From positions 17,796,001 through 17,860,000 of the forward strand of contig NW_024704743.1 in NCBI RefSeq assembly GCF_018977255.1: 64,000 nt of DNA, read 5' to 3'. Position numbers and translations under genes: made by a program. The notes under the pieces are model-generated. The model had not been told where the DNA came from. It saw only the letters and a list, made by a program, of their open reading frames with translations, and ran no database searches. The stretch's first letter is position 1. Each line of letters opens with the position of its first letter. Positions 51,286 through 64,000 of this stretch are shown here, one piece after another. The DNA comes from Callorhinchus milii. Taxonomy: Eukaryota.

Positions 51286-51777
51286 CTGGCGATTAGCATC
51301 TTTTGGTCCAGACTGGAGTGCCCAGGCAGATATTACATTAAAGCCCTTTACCACCGTGGAATCTGGGAATAGTGAAGCAAGATATTCTGCATTGGATTCC
51401 GGGTATTGGTTTATTCGCACATTGTTACTCACGTCCACAAGGAGTTTGCCTACCAGCAAGTGCTTGAGGTCCCACAAGGAAGCATAGTGTTCACGATGTA
51501 TAGCAACAAATAGGAGATTGGTTTTTGTTACAGCGTCCTCCTGGTGCGTGACATCTACAAGAGGAGGGAAGAATCCTGCAGCTTGTTTAGGGTTTCTGCT
51601 TCCTATTACAACAGAGTGCCCGGACCGAATAAGTCTGATTGCCAGGCACTTGGCAAAGTCTCCACTTCCTAAAATTCCTACGGCAAATTTGGATGTCTCC
51701 TTAAAGCTACTCATGCCGTTGGGCAAGAAGGTTTCACTGGCGCCTTTTAAATTCCTCATGATGGAAATGGTATCCAT
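51286..51777 (-). CDS. STEAP2: STEAP2 coding exon 1 (N-terminal NADPH-binding oxidoreductase domain), 164 aa
   Basis: [21 protein letters not shown]...[10 protein letters not shown]...GSRNPK...[16 protein letters not shown]...[13 protein letters not shown] matches recalled human STEAP2. ATG at 51777; acceptor ttctcag|51793; donor CAG|gtaag; 492 coding nt. Confidence 0.96.
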
Positions 51778-52436
51778 TGTCCCAGGATGGAAACTGAGAA
51801 GAACAAAGAAAATACAAAATTCAGTCATTTCAAGTGATGAACATTTCTCAGTAGATTTTTCTACTTATGTGGCTGATCCACTCAAAATGAACCAACTCGT
51901 CCAGTTGAAGATAAGGCACAAGCAGAAGGAACCATTCAGATATTGAATTGAGAGGATCTCGACTTTGTCTTAAAATCCAGAGTTCATAGAAAAAGAGGCC
52001 AACTGTACTTACACAACTGCACATGTCACTGACTGACTGCCAAGAGTAGGGCACATTCTCCTCAATCTCCCCAGAGAATATTAAGGATAATATTCCTCCT
52101 TTTGTCCACGTTGGTGTGACAGGGAACCAATATTCCCCTCTTCCACAAAACCACATCTATTCCAGCTTGCCTCCTGGACTATCAGGGATTAAACACATCT
52201 CACCCTCTTCCACCCCAATGAACTGGACAGTCAGAAATTAGATATTCAATCATGCATGTGCTATCCACAAAACTGTCTTTTCATGAAATTGAAGTTGTCA
52301 GAAATAGGTCAGGTTCTTATTTTGAACTAAATGCTGTTGGTTTCAAGCGTTACTTGACCCTAATAGATCCATCTACTTTGCAAGTAAGAGGATTAGAATT
52401 AGAGAGGATTTAAATTCCATTTTGTGAATTATTTAT

Positions 52437-52804
52437 AATATAATAAGAATAATCCTTTCATTTGATATAGTGCCTTATCACCTCTTCGAGACATCTCAAA
52501 GCACTTCACAGAATACACAGTAAAGTGGTTTAACTTTATATTTTCTGGGCAAAATGCGGCAGCCAATTGCGCACAGCAGTGTCCCACAAACAGTCTTGGA
52601 TTAAGTGATCAATTTTTTTTTGAAGGAATTATTACACCCGGAAAAGCGATTTGCCGATCAACTAACAACTGGATTCCTACTTACTGCTAGGTAAACAGAG
52701 GCGTGTGGAGCAGGAAACTTACCCAACATTTCACCCTGCCGGGAATCGAACCCAGGTCTCTCGCTTGCGAGGCGAGTACTCTAACCTCTGAGCTACAGGA
52801 CTCC
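52437..52804 (-). mobile_element. Full-length tRNA(Ala)-like-derived SINE
   Basis: Head ...gcctcgcaagcgagagacctgggttcgattcccggcaggg; core; tail. Confidence 0.9.
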
Positions 52805-53212
52805 ACCAGACCTATGATTACGGAAGATTTCTATTCATGGATAAATTTTATCTTTGCTGCCACGTTTCGCCTACGAAATATACAGTCAATTCACTTTACA
52901 GTTTATTCTGTAAAGCGCTTTGAGACGCCTCAAGACATGATAAGGCTTCGGGCGGATAAAGCAGAGGGCTGGAATTTAATGGTGATCTTATAATTACCAA
53001 AACAGGATAAACAATTATTTGAACACACAAATGCCATCATTCATTGGTTTTGTGACAGTTTGACTGTCCTGGGATTGTAACTGCTGTTGGAAGCTGATCT
53101 ACAGTTATGATGTTCTGTTTTTGTGTTTTGCTTTCCTAAATAAAGCTGATGTAAACTTTCGCCCACAAAATATACAGTCATTGCTATATCATATGCAATA
53201 TCAAATGCAAGG

Positions 53213-53244
<32 letters not shown>

Positions 53245-53576
53245 CTGGAGGATTGTTGGCCAAGACACCAGGAAAAACTCTGTTTTTTTTTTAATACTGT
53301 CATAGAATTGTTTACGTCTCCCTGAATGGGCAGACTCTACAGACCTTGGTTTAACATCTCATTAAAAAAACTGTACCTCTGACAACTCAATGCTCTGCAC
53401 TAGGGTGTCAGTTAAAACTGTGAGCTCAAAGTTTCATCGTGGGATTTGAACCCACAGCCTTCTGACTCTGAGGTGAGAGATCAGCTGAGCAAGGCTGACA
53501 AATAAATAATAAATAAGCCAGGGAAGAGAAAACTTGTTAGGCCTTTTCAGGCTCAAATGCTTAAACAAATTGCATC

Positions 53577-54800
53577 TACAACAATAACATGCATTTATAT
53601 AGCGCCCTCCACACCAGGCAGTGTCTATAGGTATGGTCAAAGAGGAAGGTCCTTAGTCACAACTTGACAATGGGGAAAGAGGCAGCAAGGCAAAGGGATT
53701 GAAGGAAGGAGTCCATAGCTTTGGGGTGTAATGGCTGAAAGCACGGCTGCCGATGGTGGAGTAGAGGATTTGAGGGACAAGTAGGAGGCTGGAGCCAGTA
53801 CAGCGGAGACAGCGGATTGTGCTGTGAGGAGAGAGGTTGGAGAAATAGGGGGGTGCCAAGGTGTGGAGTTTGGCAAGGACTGGGGTAATCGGGGTGCAGA
53901 GTTTAGTCCGGGTGAGAATGCAGGCGGTGCAGTTTTGGATGAGTTGAATTTCGTGAATAGTGGAGGAGGGGAGACCGGCGAGGAAGGTGTTAGAGTAGTC
54001 TAGCCAAGAGGTAACGAAGGCGTGGACAAGGGTTTCAGCAGCTTGCCGAGTGAAGTATTGTCAGAGATGGGCAATATGGCGCTGGTGGAGGAGAGCTGTC
54101 CTGGCCAGGGACTGGAGAGGAAGGATAACTGGGGTACATGGGTTCAGAGTTTTAAGGGCAGATCGGGTAGGTTGAGGAGGTCTGAACCGCAGGACAGAAG
54201 ACTTTGATGGGAGCCAAAGAGCATGGCTTCCGTCTTGTTGACGTTTAACTGCAAGAAGTTTGTGCTCATCCAAGCCTTGATGTCTATCAGACAAGCTGAC
54301 AGAACATCAAAGGCCTGGGGATCACAGCTGGAGGTGGAAAAGTAGAGTCGAGTGTCATCCACGAACATGTGGAAATTAACCCTGTGTCTGGGAATGACAT
54401 CACCGAGAGGGAGCTTACAGATGAGGAAGAGAAAGGGGCCAAGGATGGAGCCTTGGGATACCCCGCAGGTGACCGGGGCAAGAAGAAAAAACATTTGCGG
54501 AAATGTAGTGCTGGCAGTTTGTAAAGTAGGACTCGAACCAGGCGAGTGCGGTCTCACTGAGGTGGATAATGGAGAACAGGCGGTGAAGGAGGATGACATG
54601 ATCGACTGTGTCGAACGCGGCGGAGAGGTCCAGGAGGATGAGGAGGCAGAGAGAGCCTTGGTCACAGATAGAGAGGACACCGTTTGTGACTTTCACAAGC
54701 ACTGTCTCTGTACTGTGGTCAGGGCGGAAACCAGACTCGAGGGGTTTGAGTAGGGAGTGGAGGGACAGATGTGCTCGAAGTTGGTTGGCAACAATGCGTT
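53577..54800 (-). mobile_element. L2 LINE fragment
   Basis: ESGFRPDHSTETVLVKV, LLDLSAAFDTVDH, HMFVDDTRLY. Confidence 0.9.
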
Positions 54801-55355
54801 GCAAATCTACACCTAACTATGTGATATATAAGCTAATTCACTCACTGCAGTGTATCAAAAAGCATACCACAGGATGTGATCATTTATTACCATCACCTTG
54901 GTAAAGTACAAGCACATTATTCATGGATGAATTCATTAAAACAGGTTCTAGATTAATCAGCAAAGAGGCTGACTGGTGGTAGAAAAAAANCGATTCCTAT
55001 ACCAGAGACAGCAGTACATCTGCACAAGATATCCACAGGAGCAAGAGGGCAAATTAAACATTTGTTTCCTCATATGCATTTACATTAATTAACTGATACT
55101 GTAGTTTCACGATTTCAAATATAAAATTAGATATCGGACATTTAGTCATTTGTGTTGCTTTATTTAGTCACTTCAAAGAGGATCATGATTTGAGAAAATA
55201 AGTGCATCATAGCATAGATTATTCACCTCAATATCAACAAATCTAGCTATCACTTGAATAAACTGTGACAGGCAAGAGAGGAAATACAATGAATATGCAA
55301 GCAATCGAGCAAAAATATAGCATTTAAGTTAAGGTTTGCTGCAGTAATTACTTAC

Positions 55356-55652
55356 CACCTCCTTGCTGTAAAGCCAAACCAGCTCTTTTATTGATCTCTT
55401 TCCGGGTAAGTACTCAATGGAATCGCAATCTCCTACAAGAAGAAGAGGCATTCATTAACATTGAGATGGTGACTTTGAGAAATCCTGCTCTTGCCCTGAA
55501 TGACTGATTTTCGTTGAAATAAAACATCGGGGGCTCATCTGTATGCAAACAATGTTCTGCCCAGCAGCATGTCGCATTTCTAGAGAGAGAATCAGCTTCC
55601 AGCCCCTTCTGTCTATTCGCTCTCCTTTCCTTTCCCCTTCCCTTAATTATTT
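55356..55652 (-). other. STEAP2: Candidate STEAP2 5'UTR exon
   Basis: Non-repetitive segment between a good acceptor (ttttgttccacag|) and donor (|gtaagt); no transcript evidence. Confidence 0.3.
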
Positions 55653-57100
55653 CTGTGGAACAAAAATGCATTAACCCATTATATGGGTCAAATAAATCTG
55701 GGAATTTTGCTCAGGATCTCTTCAAAACACCAATTATTTATTAAATACTTTCAATGTTAATAATAATTCTTGCATTTGATATAGCATCGAGAATCTCTCC
55801 AAGCATTTCACAAAGTTTTTCTGTAAAGTGTATGACCGTGCGCTTAAGACAAAACACAGTATTCAAGCGAGTACAATTTATAGTAATCTGTTTGCTCAAG
55901 TGAATTGCATATTCACTTGCAGTCACAGCTTGCAATTGAAGGGGGGTAAATTCAGAACAAATCTATGCAAACACTATTTCAGTGAGCGAATAGTGAACCT
56001 GGGGAACAGGCTCCCTCGGAAGACGGTTGAAGAGGGAAGTGTTGATTCTTTCAACACAGATTAGATAGTTTTCTTTTAGGAAATAACATTATGGGATATA
56101 GTACATAGGTAGTTTGGGACATGTGTGCATGCGAACCCCAGGAAGGGATTTGAATGCAAGGATGAGGATCTGGAATTCAATCTGCTGAGGGATGGGAGCC
56201 ACAGGAGCCGAGTGAGGATAGGGTGTCTGGACCAGGATCAAAAGAGCAGAAGGCACGATTGGGAGAATATATGTGGAGGCGATAGCAAAGATAGGGTATG
56301 AACACTGACTAAACAGGCAGACAGGACCACAGTTAAACATTTTTTGGAAGGTAATAAACCCTCCAAAAAGAAAAATAGTTTGGCCACTCAATCCATGATT
56401 GTTTGTGGGACACCACTGTGCACAATTGGCTGCCACCCACAAAATATACAGTCAATTCACTTTACAGCATATTCTGTGAAGCGCTTTGAGACTTCTCGAA
56501 GACGTGATAAGGTGCTATATCAAATGCAAGGATTATTATTACTATTATTATTATCTCACCTGAAGGATTGGAACTCTAACAACGCTGTACTGCAGTATCA
56601 GCCCAGATTTTGATCTCTTCTGCTGGTGTCGAGCTTTAAACAATGGACTTTCCATCCAATGATACTTACTGCAACAGCAGAGTCACATTGCGAAACTAAA
56701 TTTATTTATTGATAATAACAGTAATCCTAGCATTTTGATGTAGCACCTTATCATGTAGTTGAGATTTCGCAGTGTTTCATTGGAGTTTTACTGACTGCAT
56801 TTGTAGGCGAACACAGCAGCCAATTTGCACACAGCAACGCCCAACAAGCAGCCATGAAGTGAATGACCAATTTTATCCAGGGGAATTGTTAGCCAGGACA
56901 AGTCTATTTAAATAGAGTTACGAAGGTAAAAATAATTATCCTGGCCACACAAGGATAGGTACTGGTAGAAACAAAATAGGACACCATCCATAATTGATAT
57001 TATGAAGTACATATGCCTACCCCAGATGGTGGATACATGCTTTCTTATATTTAAAAAAAAACTCAAGCATAGTGGTGGCTACCAGCTTCCTCCAACTATT

Positions 57101-57480
57101 ATAATAATAATCCTTGCATTTGATGTAGCGTCTTTTAACGTCTTCGAGACGTCTAAAACGCTTCACAGAATATACTGTAAAGTGAATTGACTGTATGTTT
57201 TGTGGGTGAAACGCGGCAGCCAATTGCGCACAGCAGTGTCCCACAAACAGTCGTGGATTGAGTGACCAAATTATTATTTTTAAAAAATGTTTTGAATGGA
57301 TTGTTACCCCTGGAAAAATGATCCCCCTATCGACTAAACAATCGGGTTCCTATTTACTGCGGCATAAACAGCGGCATTTCAAGTAAGGAAACTTACCTAA
57401 TGTTTCGCCCTGCCCGGGAGTCAAACGCAGGTCCTCTCGCTTGCGAGGCAAGTGCTCTAAACGCTAAGCTACAGGATTCC
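57101..57480 (-). mobile_element. Full-length tRNA-derived SINE
   Basis: Same family, with head, core and tail. Confidence 0.9.
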
Positions 57481-57944
57481 GCATGTTGTGTTTATTCTGC
57501 ATGTTTAGCAGTAAAATGGCTGTAAGTTTGGCAACAACTTACTGCTAAAAGTGCAATAACAAATAATAATAATAATCCTTGCATTTTCTACAACGCCTTA
57601 TCATGTCTTCGAGATGTCTCAAAGCACTTCACAGAATATACTGTAAAGTGAAATGACTGTATATTTTCTGGATGAAACAATTATAGTTAATATGGTGTCA
57701 GCCTGACTGGTTTGGTAGTCTCTTAGTCAAAAGGTTCTAGGTTCAAGCCCCAAGCTGGGCTTTGAATTTGGGGTTGACACTGCAATACAAGAATGGGGGA
57801 AACACTGCATTGTTGGAGGTTCCGTCCTTCAGATGAGACATTAAACCGAGATCCTGTGTGTTTGTTCAGGTTAAAGATCCATAGCATTATTTGAAAAGAG
57901 AAGGCTGTTTATCCCAGTGTCCAACAATTCCCCTCCCTTCAAAT

Positions 57945-59950
57945 AACAGCAACAACAAGTTGCACTTATATAGCGCCCTCCATGCAGTGCAGCATCTCAG
58001 CCCCCTTAACAGCGGCGAAGCCTGACTCCGAGCCAGGGTGGAGGTGGGGGTAGGTGACCGTCAGCACGGTCGAAAAGAAAGGTTTCCAGGCGGGACTCGA
58101 AAAAGGGAAGAGGGAGGGGCAAGGCGGAAGGATTGAAGAGAGCTTTCCAGCGGTTCGGAACATAGTGACTGAAAGCGCGACCTCCGATGGTGGGATGGAG
58201 GGTGCGAGGGACGAGCAGGAGATCAGTTCCAGTCAGGCGGAGCGGTGGTAGATTGGGGAGTGAGGAGGTTGGAGAGGTAGGGAGGTGCCAGAGAGTGAAG
58301 AGATTTGAACACGAGTGTCCGTTGGGGAGCCAGTGGAGCCTGGCCAGAACTGGGTATGGTGTTCGGTCCGGGTCAGTATACAGGCAACAGAGTTCTGAAT
58401 GAGGAGGATTTTTTTTGAATGGTGGAGCTGGGGAGACCGGCGAGGACTTGCGCTTGAGTAATCCAGGCAGGAGGTGATAAATGCATGCACGAGGATTTTG
58501 GCTGCATTTGGTGTAAGGTATGGTCGGAGGCGGACAATAGGGTGGAGATGGAAGAAAGCGTTCCTGGTCAGGCACTAGATGTGGGGGAGGAAGGACAGCT
58601 GAGGGTCAAACCAGACGCCTAGATTGTGCACTGGTTCAGTGAGTCTGAGGGAGAGCCAAGGGAGGTTGGGGAGCTCAGATCCACAGGAGTGAAGACGTTG
58701 ACAGGAGTCAAGAAGCATGGCGTCCATCTTGTCCACATTCAGCTGCAGGAAGTTTACACTCATCCAGGTCCTGATGTCTGCCAGACAAGCTCATAGAACA
58801 TTGGCAGACCTGGAGTTGGTACTTAAGGAGGCAAAGTAGATTTGTACATCATCCGCATACATGTGGACGTTTACCCCGTGTCTGCAGATGACATTGCCAA
58901 GAGGGAGCATATAGATGAGGAAAAGAAGAGGGTCAACGATGGAGCCCTGGGGTACCCCACAGGTTACTGGGCAGGGATGGGAGGAGAAAATTTGCTGAGA
59001 TGAAGTGGAGGCGGTTGGTTTCAGTAGGATTCGAACCATGCGAGTGCAGTCCCATAAAGTGGATGAGGGAGGAGGCGGTGGAGAAGGATGGCGTGGTCGA
59101 CTGTGTACATAGCAGAGAGATCAGGAGGACGAGGAGGCAGAGGGAGCCCTGGTCACAGATAGAGAAGACGTTGTTTGTGACTTTGACAAGCTCTGTCTCT
59201 GTGCTGTGGGCAGTCGGCAAAAACCAGACTGCAGGGGCTCGAGGAGGGAGTTGGAGGGAGAGGTGTGACCAAAGTTGACCTGCAATAATGTGTTCCAGGA
59301 CTTTAGCAAGGAAGGGTAGGCTGGAAATGGGACGGTAGTGTGAGAGGTGGGTTTTTTGAGGAGGGGTGTGATAACAGCGGTTTTCAGGGGGATTGGAACA
59401 GAGCCTGAGGAGAGATTGGTTGACGGTGTCGGCCAGCAGGGGGAGAGGAGGGGGAGTTGAATGACCAGCAGCTGGTTGGGGAGAGGGTCTAGGCAGCAGG
59501 TGGTGAACTTCATGTGGGTGATTGTGGTTGAGAGGGAGGGAGAAATGGGGGCAAAAGAGTGTAAGGAGGGGAGAGTGGCAGTAGCCGTGCGGAGGGAGAA
59601 TGGGGTGTGGATGGTCTGGGTGGGGTGGAAAGAGACATGGAGGGGAGGGGGGAGGACGATGCAGCCAAAATTTTCAATCTTTGAGGCAAAAACGTCAAGA
59701 ACCTCTTCGCACTTGGTGTTTGATGTGAGGATAGAGGGAGCTTGAGTGGGTGAACGGAGGTGATGGGATGGTAGAATACAGCGTCTTTAAGTTGTTTTTT
59801 GCCTCCAGGATGACTTGAGGAGGGAGTGGAGTAAAAGTCAGTTTTGACCTGTGAAAGGGAGAGGCGGTGGGTGCGGAGATGCTCGAGCCACAGATGGCAG
59901 TGAATCGTGAGGGTGGATTTCTGCCATCTGCGCTCGAGCGACCAAATAAG
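57945..59950 (-). mobile_element. L2 LINE of about 2 kb, degraded
   Basis: [55 protein letters not shown]. Confidence 0.9.
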
Positions 59951-60500
59951 TTGGTCATTCACTTCATGGCTGTTGTGTGGCACTGCTGAGTGTAAACTGC
60001 TGTGTCCATCTACAAACTCAGTCCTACACATTACAGGAAAAAAACTCTAAAATGTTTTCTGACATTGACGACATAAAGTGATATATCAGTAAAATTATGT
60101 CTGTATAGAACCTTTCACTTGGGAGGTCGTCTCAAAGTGCTTCAAGATGTTTCAAATGCTTTGCCTCATAAGAATGTAATCAAACACAAGGATTACTTAA
60201 ATAATAATCCTTGCACTTGTTATTGCGCCTACAACATTAAAATTTCTCAACGTGCTTCACAGAAAATTGTTAAATTAGTTGACAAATGTGGCAGCTATTT
60301 TGTAGACAATAATTTCACACAAACAGCTATGAAGTCAGTGACCAAATAAGCTGGAGGATTGTTGGCCGAGACACAAGAAAAATTCCCTTTTTTCCCCCCA
60401 ATATGGGATCAGTTTAAGGTCTCATCGAAAGGATACAACTCTGTCAATGAGTGAAGAGGGAGGGGCATAAATAAATAGGGTCTAAGCAGGTTGGAGAGAT

Positions 60501-60580
60501 AGGGAGGTGTCAGAGCATGAAGTGTAGACAGGGAGGTGTCAGAGCATGAAGTGTAGACTGGGAGGTGTCAGAGCATGAAG
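60501..60580. repeat. 29-bp tandem repeat, about 2.8 copies, within an L2 remnant
   Basis: agggaggtgtcagagcatgaagtgtagac. Confidence 0.9.
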
Positions 60581-61061
60581 CGATTTATAGACAAATGTGA
60601 AGATCTTGAAATCAATCTGTTCCGCTATCTGTTTTGAATCAATAAATTATAGATAAACTGAAAGAAATTAGAGACATTTGTTTGCAGTTTTATAGAAAAA
60701 ACAACTTGCATTTATAAAGCGCCGTTCCCGCAGGATAGCATCTCGGAGTGTTTAACAGTGCGGAGCTTGATGTCGAGCCATGGAGCGAGGGGAGGTGACC
60801 GAGGGCATGGTTACAGAGGAAGGTGTGATCTGAAGACAGGCAAGGAGGGGGCAAAGTGGAGAGACTGAAGCAGAGCGTTCCTTAGTTTTGGAGTGTAGTG
60901 GCTTAAGGCATGGCCGCCGATGGTGGAGTGGAGGGGACAAAGCACATGAAGGAGGCTGAATAAAGCTCAATTACTTCATTTACATTTTTAAATATATTAT
61001 TTTCCTTTTTTGTCCCCCTACACTTGATTGATGAAGGAAGTAGCTGGAGGAATGTTCTTTG

Positions 61062-61411
61062 GGAGTCCTGCAGTGTATTGGTTAAGAGCACTTGCCCCGC
61101 AAGCGAGATTCCCAGGCAGGGCGAAACCTTAGGTAAGTTTCCTTACTCCACGCACCTGTTTATTTAGCAGTAAGTTGGAACTCGGTTGTTAGTCGATTGG
61201 CGGATCGCTTTTCTGGGGGTAATAATTCCTTCAAAAAAAAAGGTCACTTCAATCCACGACTGTTTGTGGGACACTGCTGTGCGCAATTGGCTGCTGTGTT
61301 TATCCCACAAAATATACAGTCAATTTACTTTACAGTATATTCTGTGAAGCGCTTTGAGATGACTCGAAGACGTGATAAGGCGCTATATTAAACGCAAGGA
61401 TTATTATTATT
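61062..61411 (+). mobile_element. Full-length tRNA-derived SINE
   Basis: Same family. Confidence 0.88.
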
Positions 61412-62379
61412 TGTTATAAAGCACTGCATAAGGCTAGGAATCCGAACCAATGACATAACACGTTGGTGACTCCCAATGTATTTCAGCGCCTTGGGACGTC
61501 CTCCCGACGTGAAAGGCGCTCTATAAATGGAATCTTGTTGTTGTTGTTGTATTGCACGGCAATGTTGCTTGCACATTAGGAACTAGTTCTCGTCGTTCCT
61601 GTTGTTTTGCACTCCAACCTTCATGACTCGCATTGTAATTTTAGAGGCAAAAAAGAACCAGTTCAACTGTTCGATGACTGAACACTAACATTTGATTTTG
61701 CTGCAAAACCAAAGGAACTTAATTAAAGCCAAATACATTAGGAATACACCGAACAACAAGAATGAATTATATTTGTATAGCACCTTTCCCGTCGGGAAGA
61801 ATAACCACCCTTGTGAGAACAAAAGGTTGCAAAGACACTCCTCACTCGAACACATGAATCGAAACCGAAGCTATCAAACCCTTCTTGATCAATGCGCCTT
61901 TTGTCTTGAGGTTGCAGGGTCCTTGTTTGCGGTTAGTGATAAAGAGTTGGTTTCTGCACCTACTTGATCTGGGGCTTGTTATGATCGACTTGGTTGTCCT
62001 GGTAGCAATATAAGTCTCCTCCCATCTGTCCACGTGTCTTTCCTGGTTCCCCCTTACAATACAATACAAAATTACATTTGTTATAGAGCCTTTCACATCA
62101 TGAGGACATCCCAATGCTCTTAGCATCAAAGGTCTCCACCCCCATCAATATGCCCTCACAATCCGCTTGCACAAAGCAATCACCAGCAGCTCAGTGTGTG
62201 TGTGTGTGTGTGTGCACCCAGCACAGCCTTGCTCCCCTCCACCACCCCTCCTGCTCTCTCTCTCTCTCACACACACACACAAACCAATTCATTTCAAATG
62301 AGAAGTTTGCACTCCATCAAATGCAGGCGAGCAATTCCTCTGATCGCTTTAGCACGGTTTCAAGCTGAGAATGGCTTAC

Positions 62380-62600
62380 CAGCACAAACAGCAATCATTT
62401 CCCCCCACTCAATGCACTCAGCAGACGGTCTTCCCACTACCTTGTGCTCTCCACCCGCTGCAGGAATGCTGCCTGCACGTCAATCACTCCACCCACCACT
62501 GGCCAGCCTGCATTTTAGCTCCCAGTGTCTGAGGAGCAAGGGGAGGCGCACAAAATCCTTGCCTTTTTACACAATCCACCCCCCCCACACGCACACTAAC
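62380..62600 (-). promoter_or_regulatory. STEAP2: Candidate STEAP2 first exon/promoter region
   Basis: Strong donor CTG|gtaagc at 62380 in unique sequence with CACCC boxes and adjacent (GT)n/(CT)n/(CA)n microsatellites; speculative. Confidence 0.25.
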
Positions 62601-63434
62601 AGCCTCTATTCCTTTTGCATACAGTTGTTTAAACGAACTCAGCATGCTTGAACCACCACAGCAACTTTGGGATGCCCTCCCGGGGTGAAAGGCGCTTAAC
62701 GAAATGTAATGTTAAGCGCTCCCAGATGTTGCCCTGTGTGTGACGGGCGCTGTATACATGCAAGTTGTTGTTGTGATTTGTTGTTGCAACCGCAAAACAT
62801 GATCGGGCTGAGGAGCATCTGGAAGAGAATGGTCCTAAGTTTGCACCCGTAGCATTAACTTCTCGTTCTCTCTTAGATGCTAATTTACACACTGTGAATT
62901 TGTACTCTTCTTTCAGGTTTCCGGCTTTTTTCTCATCTTCCGGAAAGTCACTGCAGCAAATTGAAAATTTGCACAACTAATGCACAATCAATCAACAGAA
63001 TCCATAAGAGCAGTTTCTTCTATGTGCACATATGCAAAGGAGGGAGCACTCTTAATAATAATCCCTCATGACAAAAATTTATAAAATTGGTCACTTCAAT
63101 CCATGACTTTTTGTGGGACACTGCTGTCAAATGTTGTGACTATTTGGAGGCAAACATAGCAGCTATTTTGCGAAGAACAAATTCACACAAACAGCTATTA
63201 ATTGAATGATTGATCGCAGAAAGTCATCAGTGACTTTGGCCTCCTTCTGAGGTGTAAAGTTATGTTATTCAATGATCATAATTGTTTTTCAAAATGCATT
63301 GTTTTGGAAGAATTAGAAAGGATACCACAACTAAATTGATAGTTGGAATTAATAAAAATAATAATTCTTGAATTTGATATAGCGCCTTATCAAGTCTTCG
63401 AGACATCTCAAAGCGCTTCATAGAATATATTGTA

Positions 63435-64000
63435 AACAACAATAACAAAATTACATTTGTATAGCGCCTTTCACGTTGGGAGGATGACCCAAGGCGCTGG
63501 ACAGTCAGTGTTTCGGACCCAAGCTGGGGTTTGGGATTGGGGAGGGTGGAGGGCAGGGGGAGAAGCAGGGTGACCGAAGGCACGGTCAAAGAGGAGGATC
63601 TTGAGACAGGTCTTGACGGAGTCAAGGGAAGGTGTGAGGCGGACAGACTTCAGGATGGAGTTCCAGAGGGTGGGGACAGAGTGGCAGAAGGCCCGCCCAT
63701 TAATGGTGGGGCAAGCGAGGTGGGGGACGTGAAGCAGGCCGGAGCCTACTGAGCGGAGGGAGCGGGCAGGTTGGTAGGGGGTTAGGAGGTCGCAGAGGTA
63801 GAGGTGACCAAGGCCTCGGAGAGCTTTGAAGGTGAGGACCAGGATCTTGAACTGTATCCTCTGTGTGATGGGAAGCAGTGAAATTGGGCAAGGATGGGGG
63901 TGATAGGGTCACGGAGCCTGGTGCATGAGAGGAAATGGGCTGCAGAGTTCTCGATGCTCTGCAGCCTATGGAAGGTGGAGTTGGGGAGGCCGACAAGCAA
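63435..64000 (-). mobile_element. L2 3' portion, runs off the window
   Basis: RLQSIENSAA...DPITPILAQ and L2 3'UTR/tail. Confidence 0.88.

Noticed and set aside
52735..52804. tRNA-Ala(CGC)-like sequences here and at 10076, 21839, 30505, 57480, 61062
   Set aside because: All are SINE heads followed by SINE body and tail, with imperfect stems
54990..54990. Single N base
   Set aside because: Assembly ambiguity after an A run; no biological inference
61560..63300. STEAP1 last exon or another gene at the right end
   Set aside because: No STEAP-like or other recognisable peptide in the frames examined

Overview
Vertebrate nuclear DNA, very probably from a cartilaginous fish. The repeat content (L2/CR1 LINEs, tRNA-derived Deu-type SINEs with (TAA)n tails) suggests a chimaera or shark; this is inferred, not proven. 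Two spliced genes lie in tandem on the minus strand, in the same order and orientation as at human 7q21. STEAP2 has four coding exons (51777->35090) giving a complete 489-aa metalloreductase. CFAP69 starts in a CpG island at 28213; exons 1-19 were traced to 6849 and the 3' exons were not found, so they presumably lie left of the window. Most supplied ORFs are L2/CR1 fragments or noise. Main observations: (1) a palindromic Penelope-like element with an 8-bp TSD and two inverted minimal hammerhead-ribozyme cores in a STEAP2 intron; (2) a 1-nt frameshift with a premature stop in CFAP69 exon 16; (3) a U12-type GT-AG intron in CFAP69; (4) a triple-nested L2>CR1>L2 insertion with both TSDs visible; (5) an L2 tail abutting a STEAP2 splice donor; (6) Helitron-like and hAT-like non-autonomous elements, one inside the CFAP69 promoter; (7) an L2-derived purine-rich minisatellite. 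Protein identities rest on recalled human sequences and exon sizes; no database search was run.
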